This document shows positions 49,941 through 64,000 of a DNA stretch of 64,000 nt, in pieces. Made by a program: the position numbers and the translations under genes. The notes under the pieces were generated by a model. That model was not told where the DNA came from. It searched no databases and saw only the letters and a list, made by a program, of their open reading frames with translations. How positions within the stretch are numbered: position 1 is the first letter of the stretch; every line of letters starts with the position of its first letter. Source of the stretch: the human T2T-CHM13v2.0 reference genome, Homo sapiens; the NCBI RefSeq assembly GCF_009914755.1, contig NC_060937.1; one strand, 5' to 3'.

Positions 49941-52900
49941 CGACTGGCCAGCTTATGAATATTCTCTTGCTTACTTTACCAAGAGACTTTATTCCCAGAG
50001 TGCTATTTAATGAACCCACCATTGTCCATCTATGAAGGACTGTTCTCACAATTCTCGCATCAAGTGGGCACATTCCTAAACATCTTTCTCTACTCTTTCA
50101 TGGTGACACCATCCAAGAGCTTCCAAAAGTGGACTGTCCATGGGAGGCCCCTGTTGCCATACATACATTTCAGCTGAGAATGAAAGAACAAAGAGCCTTA
50201 ACAGAAATTAGTTTATCAAATAAGTTAGTGACCCAAACTGCTTTAGGCAATGTTGAGTCCCTGTCTTGATGCCATGTGATGTAGAATTGAACATGGGTAT
50301 GTTGGAGAGTCTGGAAAGACTAAGCTGAGAAATGAGACTGTGACAACTTGGATATCTAGAGGCCCTAAAGGGAGCCCTGGGAAACCAGAATGACCTAAGC
50401 ATGCCTGGGAATAACACAGAGACCCCAAATAATTGGGTACAGAAAAAGCACCTGCAATTATGAGGGTTTGGGCATACGTGAAAGACAGAATGAAGTCATC
50501 AAAGAGCCACACTGGGCATTTCATTGTTTTGATGAAGGCTGTTTGGTGCCTGTAAATCTGCTGTCTGTGAGTGTAAAAGGAAACATGGAGTAAGTAAACT
50601 TTACTTGTGTATTTTTTGACATGTAGTCTTTTAAATCCACATCTGCATAATTTTGACTGTGCAGAAAAATATCCTTTTAATTTTTATTTTTTCTAAATAG
50701 GGCATATTTGGCATCACGTCAGTGGCATTCTGCATAGGTACAAAACTGAATCAATCATGTTTTCAGTGAATAAATGCGGGGGAAAAAAGAAAGCCGAATC
50801 CTTAAGCATCAAGAGCATGTAAACCTCGGTAAATGGCAACGCCACAATTTGTGTCATTTTAAGAAATAGTTTAAGCATTTGAAAATGCTGAAATGATCAA
50901 CTTTGTCAAAGGTTAAGACACATTTCTGCCCAAAATAATTTAATTGCAATCCATTTTAATTGAAAGTTAGCCTAAAATATTCAGGACAGGGGAGAGCAAA
51001 CACATTACTGCCAAGATATTTCAGACCAGAATTTTTGTTTATGGTTTTCCTTATTTTTGAGGAGTAGCGTATACAATGAATTCTCAAGAAGTCAAGAATG
51101 AAATACCAATTTACGAATTATCCAAATTATTGTTTATCTTGTGTCCTTTCTTCTGCTTTTTAACATTTTTTATGAATACTGGCTCACTCGGAGTTTTTAG
51201 AAAAATCAAGAAGATAAATCTGAATGTACTACTTTCATCACCGTTAAAATCTTGGATGTTCTTCGGGGTCACGAGTGAAGCCAAAAGCAAATTCCAAGTG
51301 TCTAAATTTTGGTAGCTTTTTACCAAATGGCAATGGCAATCTTTCTACTAGGATAAATTTGTGTATAAAAATAATTGCTGAAACACCAAGATTTTACAAG
51401 TGCATTGAATCAACAGCAAATTCAGTTAAGTTTTGGGAAGGTTTAAAACTTCATTTTAGGAATTCTTGATATATTCAAACAGTTATCTGTGACTTGAGGG
51501 TAAATGATCTATCCAGGGTATTTTTTTCCCTGTGCATTAAAGAATAGCTGGTATTTGCAATTAAATATTAATTTTATTAGATCACACCTGTTTAGTTTTC
51601 ATAAAAGTTAACATAAATTTATCTGAATTATGAGTAATTAGATGGCAATTGTGATACAAAACATGAAATTAGAATATTTCCAAAATACATGTATAATTGA
51701 ATATTGATTAAAGTGGTAAGTTATCTAGTAAACTTGTATCTTCTTTCTTTGCCTGACTTTTGGAATTTCCCTTGAGGCAGGGCTTATATGATATGATGGG
51801 ACTTGAAATATTTGCTAATAACATATCAGGCAGGATAACCAAACAGATTGCACAGCTAGTCAGCTGACATCTCAGATGAAAGATGGTACTGGTAGCTACT
51901 AGGCACTTCCACCACTTCTATTACGAATAGATTACTATTTCTTGCTTTTTTACTTGAATGGAATTAAATTTTCTTTGTGTACTTGTTCTTGGTTGGCAGG
52001 AGAGACACTAGACATACAGAAAGACTGTAATTATAATAGTCATGAGTACTATTTTTGACAAATATCCTTATAGTGAAAAGTACCACCATCATAAAGTTAG
52101 AAAATGTTTAATCTTTATTTAGCACATAAAGATAAATGAAATGATAAAAAATTTCAAATGAGTAGTAAGAAATCCATGAAAATTATAATATTCAACATCT
52201 GACTTGCAAAATATTAATTTTATTTCTATAAGTTGTTTTTATAGGAAACAGAAATGAGTTCATTAACTTCTAAATTTCAAAGCATTTTAGAGTCACTTAG
52301 AAGAAAATGCAATTTACGACCTTCAGGATGATTATTGTATTGTGAGATATTGTATTGCCTTAAGTATCATGTGCTCAACAAGTTTGTCCATTGGTGGAAA
52401 GAAAATAGTTTGAATTTTAGACTGTTAAATATATAATAAACCATCTCCATTTCTATTAGTAAGAAAAACCAAAAAGTCTTCCTAGCTCGCACTGTACAGT
52501 ATAATAATGTTTTGTATATTTGGTGACATCAAGAAAGATTTAGAACAGAGAAGAGTTTGCTATTTAAAATGGAGTTATTCTCGGAGGTTAGAAACAAGTC
52601 TCATCCTTTTCTAACTCCTTTCTTTGTCCATTTATACATCTATCATGTGTGAATTTCTCTAAGCTGACTTCTGTTGGAGTAAGTGGGTATCAGTTTACAT
52701 TGCCTTATGAGGAAGACGTTGAGCCTGTGTGTCATGTCGCAGTGGTAACTGAGAAGAGGCCAAGCACCTTTCTCATGTACAGTTTTGATGACTCTCCTGC
52801 TCAATCATCATCCCCCACCCTCCACACTTCCTTCTGAGATATGCCTTTGTCTTACAGACACCTGAAATCCCCCTACATTAGCTGTAGTTGATGGATTAAA

Positions 52901-55900
52901 CATAGAAGTCATAGGATAGGTAGGATTGTTTGTAAGCATTCTATTAGAAACTCTAGCACAGAGTTTATAAAGACTGTTATAAAACTTACTGATAGAAATA
53001 ACATGTAAATGTAAAACTGAGAAACAGTAAAGAGAAAAGAGACCAACCAGTGATCCAAATGCCTAATGGAAGTAATAAAGATGAGAGTAACAATAGAATT
53101 CCCATTAAGATAACTCAATAGTTTCGTGATGCCAAGTAATAAAAAGAAACAGTCAAATGAGCATAAAATGGAAATGAGTATAAGATCGAGTATGGATGGA
53201 AATATTCCAGAGACCTCTTCCCTCCCGCAGCTTTAGTAAATGCAGTGACATATGAGTAACAGTCTTCATTTGAGTGACCAAGTTTAATACGTATTCTGCA
53301 CATAATAGGCTTCCATCATTCAGCATTGAGACTTCTTCAGAGACTGACTGAAAGATTTCAGTACATCCAAACCTATCTTTTAGATAAAATGTCAGTATGC
53401 AAATGTAAAATTTGATTAGAAGATTTTTACTTACTTTATTATACACATCAATTAAATGCCAGATGCAACATAAGGAGTAATTCAGAGTCATTTTCTTTAA
53501 TTTTTATTATGGGGTTGACTTTGCCTCCAACTGAGTGAAATGTAACTGGATTTAGGTCTGTTTGATTGTACAGCCCTTCCCACTACTTTCATAAAAAGAA
53601 GAAAGCCATTTAAATTTTCTTCACTCACTTGGAGTTTTAGAATTGCTTCATGCTGAAAGAAACAAAGTATGAAAGAAAACTTTGTGAATGATTCTCAGTA
53701 TTTGCTTTTCAAACGCGAAGATATATTTAACTCAATTAAAATATTTGGTAAAATAATTTCTAAAAATTAAACATTGTCTGAACATTTTCCCTCAACAGTC
53801 AACATAGACAAAGAAGGACTCTTATTTCTAATAATACTGAAGATGGATGGAGACCGTATGATCCTTGGGACAACCAAGTAAATAATTGACAGTGTTTGAC
53901 CTCCGATTTCAAATATTTACCTAACCACGTGCAAAAATTTTACTCAGATGACACTTTCTAATGATTTTACTCAGTGTTCCTTAGAAATCTGCTATACTAT
54001 CATCTCATTTTTATCTGGCAAAGAAAATGTATGTGTGTGTACATGTGTAAATAATTTTTTAAATGCCAAGTAAAAGTATATTCAGTATTTTTAAGCTTTG
54101 AATCTGTATGTAGCTAAAAATATTCTTAATGACTTGTTAGACTCTCTCAAATAAATAATTTAAATTACTTTTAATCTACCTCAAAATGTGATATTTGCTA
54201 TGATGACTAGGAAAGAAAAGATGGAATACTGGCAAAACTAGTTAAACTTCAAATATTTAGAAAATCTCATTAATCTGTGGAAAACTTAATTCACTGATCA
54301 ATTAAACATTGCATAGATCTGTAGCTTATTCTAGCAAGAGGAAGAATTCATTTAAAAAATACCTTAAAATATTATTCCAACTATTTTTATTATATAAGAG
54401 AGTTTTATTAAAAGTATGGTTTGTCCTTTGACATTATTTACACCATTGCTATGAAAAAACATTACTTAGTTCTAAGAAGAAGGGAAGTACTGGCATAAAA
54501 CTGGCATGTCATAAAAAATTAATAAATTCTACTAGCAGAATAAAAAATAGATAACTTTATTTCATGGCAAAATAACAGAATGCCTTGATTCAGCTTAACC
54601 TAGGCTCATCTTGATGTATATGAAATTGAAACTCTATAGAAAACATTTACTCATTTTTTGGTTGTTATCATCAACTTCTAAAATTCAGTAATTATCAAGG
54701 TCCAAACAGATCATTCATACATTTTAGAAAAACCTTCTTTGCATGACTTTTAACAGCATTTGTAGTTACCGATAAATTCTTAAAAATAAAGATACATAAA
54801 AATGAAATCCTCTCTGGATGCAAATCATCTGTTCTTTCTGGCATCTATACACATTCTTTATTTCTTTTTCCTCAATTCAAAAGTTTTCAATGTTTTAGCA
54901 TTTGGGTAGCAGTCTAAAGAAATATAAGCAAGCATAAATCTTTTATAGATATATAAAAATATTTTTAGTTAACGCTGTTGATCTCTTTAGCAAAGGTCAT
55001 CTTTTAATATATTTACTCTAACTGCATTAGAGGGTAATTTTTAGAATTAAGGTGGTCCTGCATCTCCTTGACGAAGTACATATTGTGTTCATTTTTAAAT
55101 TAATTAAGCAATAGATTTCAAATAAACACTTTCAATACACTTAGGACCATAAATTTAATCTAGGAATTTAAACCTTAAGAACATTTAATGCTGTACATTA
55201 TTCTAAAACATCTTATTTTATGCATATAAGTCAACTTCTAAGACTAGAATTATTTACCTGATGAAAATGATATTAATATTTTAATCAAATATTTATCCAT
55301 GGTTTTATTATTTAATTTTTATGGCTACTTTTTAACCCTAGAATTTTATTATAATTCTTGAGAAAGAGTATGCATTGACAAATGTTGACTGAATTAAATT
55401 TTACATGGTACTAGGTCATTATCCTCTAGTCACCATAATTTCCCAGAAGAAATAAGCAAGTTTTTAATAAATTCAATTAGCAGATTATACCCCTAAATGA
55501 ACAGTGATAAACACACAGGACTTTAAAACTGCTGAGAGACCTAAGTCTATCTCCCCAAATTTTGTCTTTCACACCATTCAATAAATTCCAACACTGAGAT
55601 CCTAGGAGTCAAACGATGTGTTTGGGGCACATACATCATTTGCTTGACATCACACAGCTCATGATACCATGAATCCTCGAGTAATAATAAAACAACCGTT
55701 TAATGCTATCACTGCATATCTAGAAAAATATCAATTATGATCAATGACCAACTCAGGACTGCTTCTGGAATGTTTTCAACAGGAAAAAAAAAAAACAGAA
55801 ACGGAAACTTGTATTTGTTTAGAGATTGTCTTGGATCAGGTGCCATAGAAGGTCTTTTCAAATATATTTAATCTTCCTAACAATATTTAGGGGAGTCCAT

Positions 55901-56789
55901 GGCAGGAAGTAGAAACTGTAGAATACCGAGCTTTAGGCCCACAGATAACATGACAAATTTACAGCTAAATAAAACCTCCTTTATCAAAAGCATGACATTA
56001 TGTCAACCTTCTAGATAACGATCCATTCATTCATCTCCTTTTCTTCAAATCCAAATCCCTCAAAACTGACACTCTAACAAGCCCTTCTGTCCACTCTTCA
56101 ATTCATGGAAATTGAGCAGAAAGTGGGCTGTAGTCTACATAATCTCCAAATCCCAAGTCTGCGTTGTCATCCGTAGCTTCCAGCATGACAGCAATAGTGC
56201 AAAATTTTACTACATCAATTCCCCTATTAACACTCTCTCCTTTACCTTATTATGTGAAAATTAGGCACTCAACAAAGATGAATTGATTTATGAATAACAC
56301 ATAAATAAATGCTTTACATCAATTTGAACAGTGAACTATGTAGTCAATTAGTTTGCACAATCAATATTACCAATCTCTCCCTTTGTCTCTCCTTCCCTCT
56401 TATCTTCTCTCTTTTGTCTCTTTCCCCCAATCCCCTGTGTCCCTGTGTGCAGGTTCGCATGCCTGTATGTATTTTTTCTGCTAAAGTAATCAGTGTGGCA
56501 TATTATCAAGGCATTGTACATTTACTGTCCTTCAAAGAAACCTAAAACAAATACTCCACCCAATAGTGTTTATGAAAACAGGAAACGATAAAAATAGTGA
56601 TGGCCAAAACAATTTTATATATTCATATAAGTTTGTGTTTAAAGCATAAAACCTCTTACAATAGTATTTGAGTGACCCAAAATCAACTGTGACAATTTTC
56701 TTTATTAGTGAGAAAACTAAAGTAAATTAATATTGTTTTTCCTTTTAGAAGGATATGTTGAAATGGTGCTGTCACACTGACAACTCTGT

Positions 56790-56887
56790 TAAGCCCAGCA
56801 TTCACAATGTACCCTTGTAACAAATCTATACACGTATATCTGAATCAAAAATTAAAAATTAAAAAAATAGAAAAGGAAAAAAGAAAA
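56790..56887 (+). mobile_element. L1PA15/16-like extreme 3' remnant with A-rich tail
   Basis: cagcattcacaatgtacccttgtaacaaatctatacacgtatatctgaatcaaaaattaaaaatt plus A-rich tail. Confidence 0.65.
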
Positions 56888-58197
56888 TTTTGGCAAAATA
56901 TTTGTGTCCACTGAGTTGCCTGTACACTTTCAGATCCATAGTTTATCTTTTATGATTATATAATTTCAAATTTTAAATATCCCAATAATTAATTTAGCAT
57001 GTTATTATTTTAGCATGCATACAGATACACACATAGTTAGAAAGCGTTCAAGGAACATGAACAGACAAGACAGCGACCACGGTCCCAGAGAGGTTTAATA
57101 TCAGAGTAAGGGAAAACAGAAATCTTTCAGTCTCTTTAAATCAACACTTTCAACCTAGTCATTTGGAAATTGTCAAACCATCCATAATCATGGAAAAGTT
57201 TATCTTCTAATTAATTGGAGTCTATCTAATCTACCATATAATGAGAACATTATTCTAATCATAAGAAACACAATTCTTTTACAAAACAATTTAAATAATA
57301 AGAATGGGTTCAGGGCATCTCTTCTCTTGTCCATAAATTTTAGTATATTAAAATTGTTAAAAGAGAGTATCTCATATGTTCTACTGATGGCACTAGAAAC
57401 ACAGTGGTATAGAATGCTGAGGAACATTTTTCTAATATTGCCTGGAAGCTTATGCTTTTCATGGCCCACCATCTACACATGCTTCATTTCATAACAAGCC
57501 AAACTAGTACTAAATAATTGCAGTTGCATAGCTGATTTCATTTTTATATAAGCAAGAATGGGCTTATTTCTAATGCATACTTTCTAATTGCTATATTTTC
57601 CAGATAATTGCTTTTTAAGAAGATAAATGCAAAGATTTTATAAACATGCCCTGCCTAATATAGCTGTCACATGCATCATCTGTGACCATGAGTGATGGAA
57701 AAGTGAAAACTCAGAACAATTCCAAATAACTGCAAAATCAAGGCTCAAGTAATGCAGCCTATTTTAACAGAAAGAGTTCAAGCGTCCTGCTCAATAGATG
57801 ATCATGTGATCTCTCTAACACCATTTTCTGAAATTTGCCCCTTACTGGCATAGTGTACCCTCTGACTTTTCTGCCTAGGTTTTGGATATTGCTGGGGCTC
57901 CAATTGGTATATTTAGCCACTGGTCACTGACATACCAAAACAAAAAAAGAGTAATATTAAAGGTTGTGGGGTGGAAACTGCCAAAACCCAGCTGTGTATG
58001 TGGAAGGGGAAGGTATCAGTCTTCGAGGGCAATGGAGAGAAAATTATCTTCAGTGGAGGAGGAATGATCTGTGGGAGAAGGCACCTCAACAAATACAAAG
58101 TAGTGGGAATCTTGCAATATTAAGGTCTCTGTCAATCTCAGGAAGCTACAGCCTCTAAAGAAACTCAAGTGCCTCCTCATAAGAAAAGGGAATTTTC

Positions 58198-58795
58198 TAG
58201 TTCAGCCATTGTGAAAGACAGTGTGGCGATTCCTCAAGGATCTAGAATCAGAAATACCATTTGGCCCAGCAATCCCATTACTGGGTATATACCCAAAGGA
58301 TTATAAATAATTCCACTATAAAGACACACGCACACATACGTGTATTGCAGCACTATTCACAATAGCAATGAATTGGAAACAACCCAAATGCTCATCAATG
58401 ATAGATTGGATAAAGAAAATGTGGCATATATACACCATGGAATGCTATGTAGCCACAAAAATGTATGAGTTCATGTCCTTTGCAGAAACGTGGATGAAGT
58501 TGGAAACCATCACTCTCAGCAAACTAACACAGGAACAGAAAACCAAACACTGCATGTTCTCACTCATAAGTGGGAGTTGAACAACGAGAACACATGGATA
58601 CAGGGAGAGGAACATCACACACCGGGGCCCTGTTGAGGGGGGTGGGGGACTAGGGGGAGGATAGCATTATGAGAAATACCTAATGTAGATGATGGGTTGA
58701 TGGGTGCAGCACACCATATGGAACATGTATACATATATAACAAACCTGCCCATTCTGCACATGTATCCCAGAACTTAAAGTATAATATATGGAAA
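58198..58795 (+). mobile_element. L1PA7-like 5'-truncated LINE-1
   Basis: ORF2 C-terminus (WKQPKCSSMIDWIKKMWHIYTME…SLISGS) plus 3' UTR; 17-bp TSD AAGAAAAG(GG/AC)AATTTTC at 58181-58197 and 58796-58812. Confidence 0.94.
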
Positions 58796-59796
58796 AAGAA
58801 AAGACAATTTTCATTCGTGTTCATTTCTATTTTTTTCCCATGTTGGCAGTATGCTCAATGTTATACTTATTTAGAGAAAGATATCATGCCTGTTATTTTA
58901 AGGAACTGAACTTTTTGAAGTCATTTCAAGTCACTTAAAAACACAATGATGATTGGAACTTCTAGGTATGCAACTCTATTTCCCCTGCTTCAGTTTTCTA
59001 TTTGCTTGAGACATTTCGATATATTCAAATTGAGACAGACCTTAAATGATATTTTGCATAGAGGGTGTTACGTTTCATACATGCCCTCAGAAAATATCAG
59101 CAGTGCTTTTGTAGATAAGGTGAATAAACAGATTTTTCAGTCAATCCTTGAAGAAGTCTATGTTATCAAAGACATTAGCATAAAGCAGCAGGTGTATTAC
59201 CTTAATGCTTTATGGCTTCTACAAATAATGCACATACACACACACACAAATGTGTACTCGCACACGTACACACATGACCCTCCTGCATAGGTACAGGAGG
59301 TAAATTAAGAAACATAATTCAAATTATGCTTTCTGTACAAGATTTAAAGAATGTCTACAGTAGGTTCTCCTATGTAGTATTTCATCTCCCACATAATTAC
59401 TTTGAAGCCTCTCCTTTTATATAATGACAGTGACAATGCATGAATTTTTGTGTGTGCATTAAGGTCTAACCGAGACTATCAATCTCATACACATCAAATT
59501 ATATCTTCCCAGGGCTTTTGTTCTTATAAATAATAGAGGTAACATAAAGGGTACTGAATTGTGTAAATGGCTTCCTTCTAGCAAAATAATATAAAAGCTT
59601 ACAAAAGAAAAAATAGTCAATATTAGATAGTACAATACAATTGTAAACGACAGTAGAAACTTACTGAGACCAAACCTATGAATATCTAAATTTTAAATGA
59701 AAATCACTTTTGCTGCTAATTGTAAGAATACATAATTATTTTAAAAATCAATCAAAAAGAATAAAATAAAAAGTACAATTTATCCACAACATTATG

Positions 59797-60045
59797 TAGA
59801 AAAATATCTCAGTTGTTTTTCATCTGGTAGTTAATTACTACTTAAACCAAATTTTCATCTCTGTTAAGAAGCTGTAGGAAACTAACCCCTTCAGGAAGTA
59901 CAGATAAGAAAATCATCATGACATTCAAAATTCAAGGTTGAAGATTATATGTTACAGTGACAATTACAAGACTATAACTTGGCAATCAAATTAAACTAAA
60001 TTTTTCTAGGTAATGTGATAGTATCCTCTATAAGACTTAGGGATA
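59797..60045 (+). repeat. Dispersed direct repeat, copy 1
   Basis: Aligns along its length with 61990-62242; identical 33-mer at 60005-60037 and 62202-62234. Confidence 0.92.
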
Positions 60046-60149
60046 TGCCTAGATGGTAAAACCTAGGTTAGTATTTTGCTCTCTGTCCAGAATTTGCTCT
60101 ATGGACACACACAACATGCACACACAATACACACACAGGCATACACACA

Positions 60150-60965
60150 ACACTAATTTGTCATAGATGTGTGATTTCCTTTCTATTTAACTTCACATTT
60201 TGAGCACCAATCCCTCTTGGTTTTCCACCTTTATCTTTGGTAACAATCCCTTTTTTCTTTGCTGAATCCTCATGTTCCAATTTCTTAATACACGAGTAGC
60301 TCAAGATTCAGAACTGAAATGCCTATGCTCATGTTTTTAAGTAATCACTGTCAGTCCCGTAGTTTTAAAATAATTTATAGACTGATGTTTCCCAAATACA
60401 TACCTCCAGTCCTGGATTTTCTTGCTTGAACACCAACCTCATAGACCCAGTTGCTAAGGAAAATCATTAACGGGATGCCTAATGTGCATATCAAATTTAA
60501 TGTGTCTAAAACCAAAGTTATAATTCTTCCTATCTCCAGAATGTGCCTTTCTCAGACTTGTTTATAAGCAGAGTAGAAATTCCATTATTCTAATTTCTCT
60601 GGCTAAAAATTGCAATCTATAATCCTCTGACACCATGCTTTGGAACTGGTTCTTCTGCATAGGATCATCTTTCTTCGTGTCATTTCATGGTTTGCACTCT
60701 TACTTACTCAGGTCTCTGATCAGCATCATTTTATAAGAGAAGTCTTAAAAGGCCACCTTACCTGAGGCAGTGGCCTTCTCCCTCCATTATCATTATTTAC
60801 TTACTCTAGCTTATTTTTCTTCTCACTTATCATGATCTGACATAATTTTCTTCCAAGCCAAATTACATTTGGGACTTTGTGTTGGTGTCTTCTTGCTTTT
60901 TGCTGCTCTTCCCGCCAAGACTAGAAAAGTACATAATGCTCAATAAACATTTATCAAATTAAGGA
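60150..60965 (+). mobile_element. L2 fragment
   Basis: actgatgtttcccaaatacatacctccagtcctgga…catatcaaatttaatgtgtctaaaacc…caggtctctgatcag…tgctcaataaacattt. Confidence 0.7.
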
Positions 60966-61014
60966 ATCAAATCATTTTGTCTTATGTCCCATAGTATGAG
61001 TTTGTCCTAAGTTA

Positions 61015-61680
<666 letters not shown>

Positions 61681-61989
61681 GTGAATTTTAACTAGTATAA
61701 TGGGATAAGAAGCTAAAAATATTAATTATCATAAATACAATAAAATATGACTTGGTTTCTTTATCTAAACAAGTTGTATAGAGTATGTTAGGGTAATCAT
61801 ACCTGCATTCCTGTAGGCATTTGGTAAATCCCAGGCTAATTACATGGGTCATAAAATATATCTAGTTGTGTACAACGAGTCATATTTAAATAATTTTGAT
61901 CATTTCCCCACTATATGGCCTAACTCTGATATAATGTTATTATTACTTGAATGATACCATCACAGCTTATGAAACAAGATCACAAAAAC

Positions 61990-62242
61990 TAGATAAATAT
62001 CTCAGTTGCTTTTCATCTGGTGGTTAATTATAACTTAAATAAAATTCTCATTTTTGGTTAAGAAGCTGTAAGAAAGTAGCCTCTTCAGGAAATATTGTAG
62101 GTAAGAAAATCACCATGGCATTCAGAATTCAAGGTTGAAGGTTGTGTGTTACAGTGACGATTGGAAGACAGCAATGCAGCAATAAAATTTCATTACGTTT
62201 ATCTAGGTAATGTGATAGTATCCTCTATAAGACTCAGGGATA
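61990..62242 (+). repeat. Dispersed direct repeat, copy 2
   Basis: Paralogous to 59797-60045. Confidence 0.92.
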
Positions 62243-62559
62243 CACAATAGGAAGCAAACAAGAACAGGGCAATGTTAGCTTTGCAATGTCTTCCTTATAT
62301 TATCAATATTTTAGAGTTAGAATGACTTAAGATTTTCATCCCACAAGGAAAGACGCCAATTGTACAGAAAGTTAATAAAAACAGACCTCCTCAAACTATT
62401 ATGTAGGTTAATGTCTTTTAAAAAATGGCCAGATATTCTAACTATGTTATTTTAATAAGGTTTTAATTCAATATTCATAAAAACAAAATATTTCAATGTT
62501 TTTTTGAATAGCTAACTTACTCCACAAACTGAGATACTGGCTAAGTCACATGTTTATTG

Positions 62560-63310
62560 TGTATCAGTTACTTACAGTGGTCGGTGCCTGTTGGATGCTT
62601 ACCTAGGCACTAAGCCTGGCTCTAGAAAGAGAGGTAAATAATATTAACTTATATAGACCCTCATTCAGAAACATACAGGTGAATAAGAGATAAAAACAAT
62701 AAAAGTAGCTTGAGATTTAAAGGAGCACAATGAATGATTGCTATATCATTAGTACTTTGAAATATTCCTGACACTTAACTTGACCTCGATAGTATTTGTT
62801 GAATGAATGCAGAAAATTACATGACTGCAGGGACTTGAAGGATGATTAGAAGGTATTTTAGGCAAGTGCCTAGTAAGAAATGAGTTTGTGCTATTGGGTG
62901 GGTCAGGGCAATCCCAGAGGAAGTCCTGACAGATGGAGAGCTGATAAAGGAAAACAGATATAAGGGAGAGGTATAAGTCACGGTAGGTCTTCCTAATCAT
63001 GTGAAGGATTTCTCTCTTTACCTAAGAAAAATATAGAGCCCTGAAAGCAATGTCAGTTGGGGACCAGCATGTGTGACTGCCCTTTAGAATGATTGCTGTA
63101 GTATCCATTAGGCAGTGGGCCAGATTGTGCAATGCTCCCCGACCTCAGATTGAAGAAACCCACAAGGAGTCTAAAGCCCCACTTCAGGCTGGAGGTGATG
63201 GGGAACTGAGCTGAGACTGTGCTGACCAGGATCGAGGTGGATTCCAATGTAAGAATTCCCCTAGAACACTTAAACGCAAATTTGGGAACTTGAAACAATC
63301 TTGTAGATTA
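62560..63310 (-). mobile_element. L2 fragment
   Basis: ctaggcactaagcctgg…ggacttgaaggatga…catgtgaaggatttctctctttacctaag…gagccctgaaag. Confidence 0.55.
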
Positions 63311-64000
63311 TTTTACTCTCTTTTTAAAAGAGAATTGTGGACATTGGGCTGAGAGATGGAGCGACTTTTCTTGAGATATGTATCCAACTTTCCTATCAAC
63401 ACTACTTTCCTGTGCTCTTCTGCAAGAATGGATTCAGCTCACCTCTAGGCGCTCACTACAGACCAACCCAAATGCAGTTAGAATTCACAGTTTTTATCAG
63501 GAGGCTTTGTTTGTATTTTGTAAGCTAAATTATTAGATTACCTCCTGACTATAATTTCTCAGGGTGTAGGAATATCCTAATAAAGCCAATGTCTTCATCA
63601 CACTTTTCAAAGAACTAAGGCAGTGTCTCATTCGCAACTGTTTTAGGGTATTCTCTTTTTTCATAAGTAGTGTTTTGGGGATTCAGAGATGAATACAAAA
63701 CAAAACACACACACACACAATAAAAAAAAATCACTATTGGTAGGAAAAAGGTGGAAATAGAGTATGTTTCTTCATATAGACATATTCTTAGCTAAAAAAA
63801 AAATGCTGTTACTTAAACCCAATATCAGTTTTACCCAATCGGAGAGAAATTACTGAGGCTCCCTCCCTTCCTTCCTTTTCCTTCTATTTCTCTCTCCCAC
63901 TTCCCTATCCTTTTTTGTTTTAATGCGACAAATTTCCCATTGTTTCCTTGAACATTTTTTCTTCAAATTCAATATGACTTGGACAATTTCCTAAAAATAA

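Overview
AT-rich, CpG-poor primate (human/great-ape-like) genomic DNA, judged from its AluY/AluS/AluJ, L1PA and THE1B content. I find no supportable protein-coding exon or RNA gene. The listed ORFs are chance frames, microsatellite frames, antisense-Alu frames or dead L1 ORF2 fragments, so the window looks intergenic or deep intronic. Much of it is interspersed repeat (Alu, L1, L2, MIR, MaLR/ERVL solo LTRs, MER5A, MER47), identified by eye from remembered consensus sequences, so subfamily names and old-repeat boundaries are approximate. The most unusual structure is a 131-bp non-repeat-looking element at 19376-19506: a perfect 22-bp terminal inverted repeat encloses a perfect 18-bp hairpin and a second imperfect hairpin (T/Y-shaped fold), with a 7/8 TSD-like flank. 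Also notable are a young L1PA3-like insertion at 41527-42227 showing both twin-priming inversion and a polyadenylated 3' transduction, a ~250-bp diverged local duplication (59797-60045 / 61990-62242), and a 99-bp tandem duplication at 431-628.
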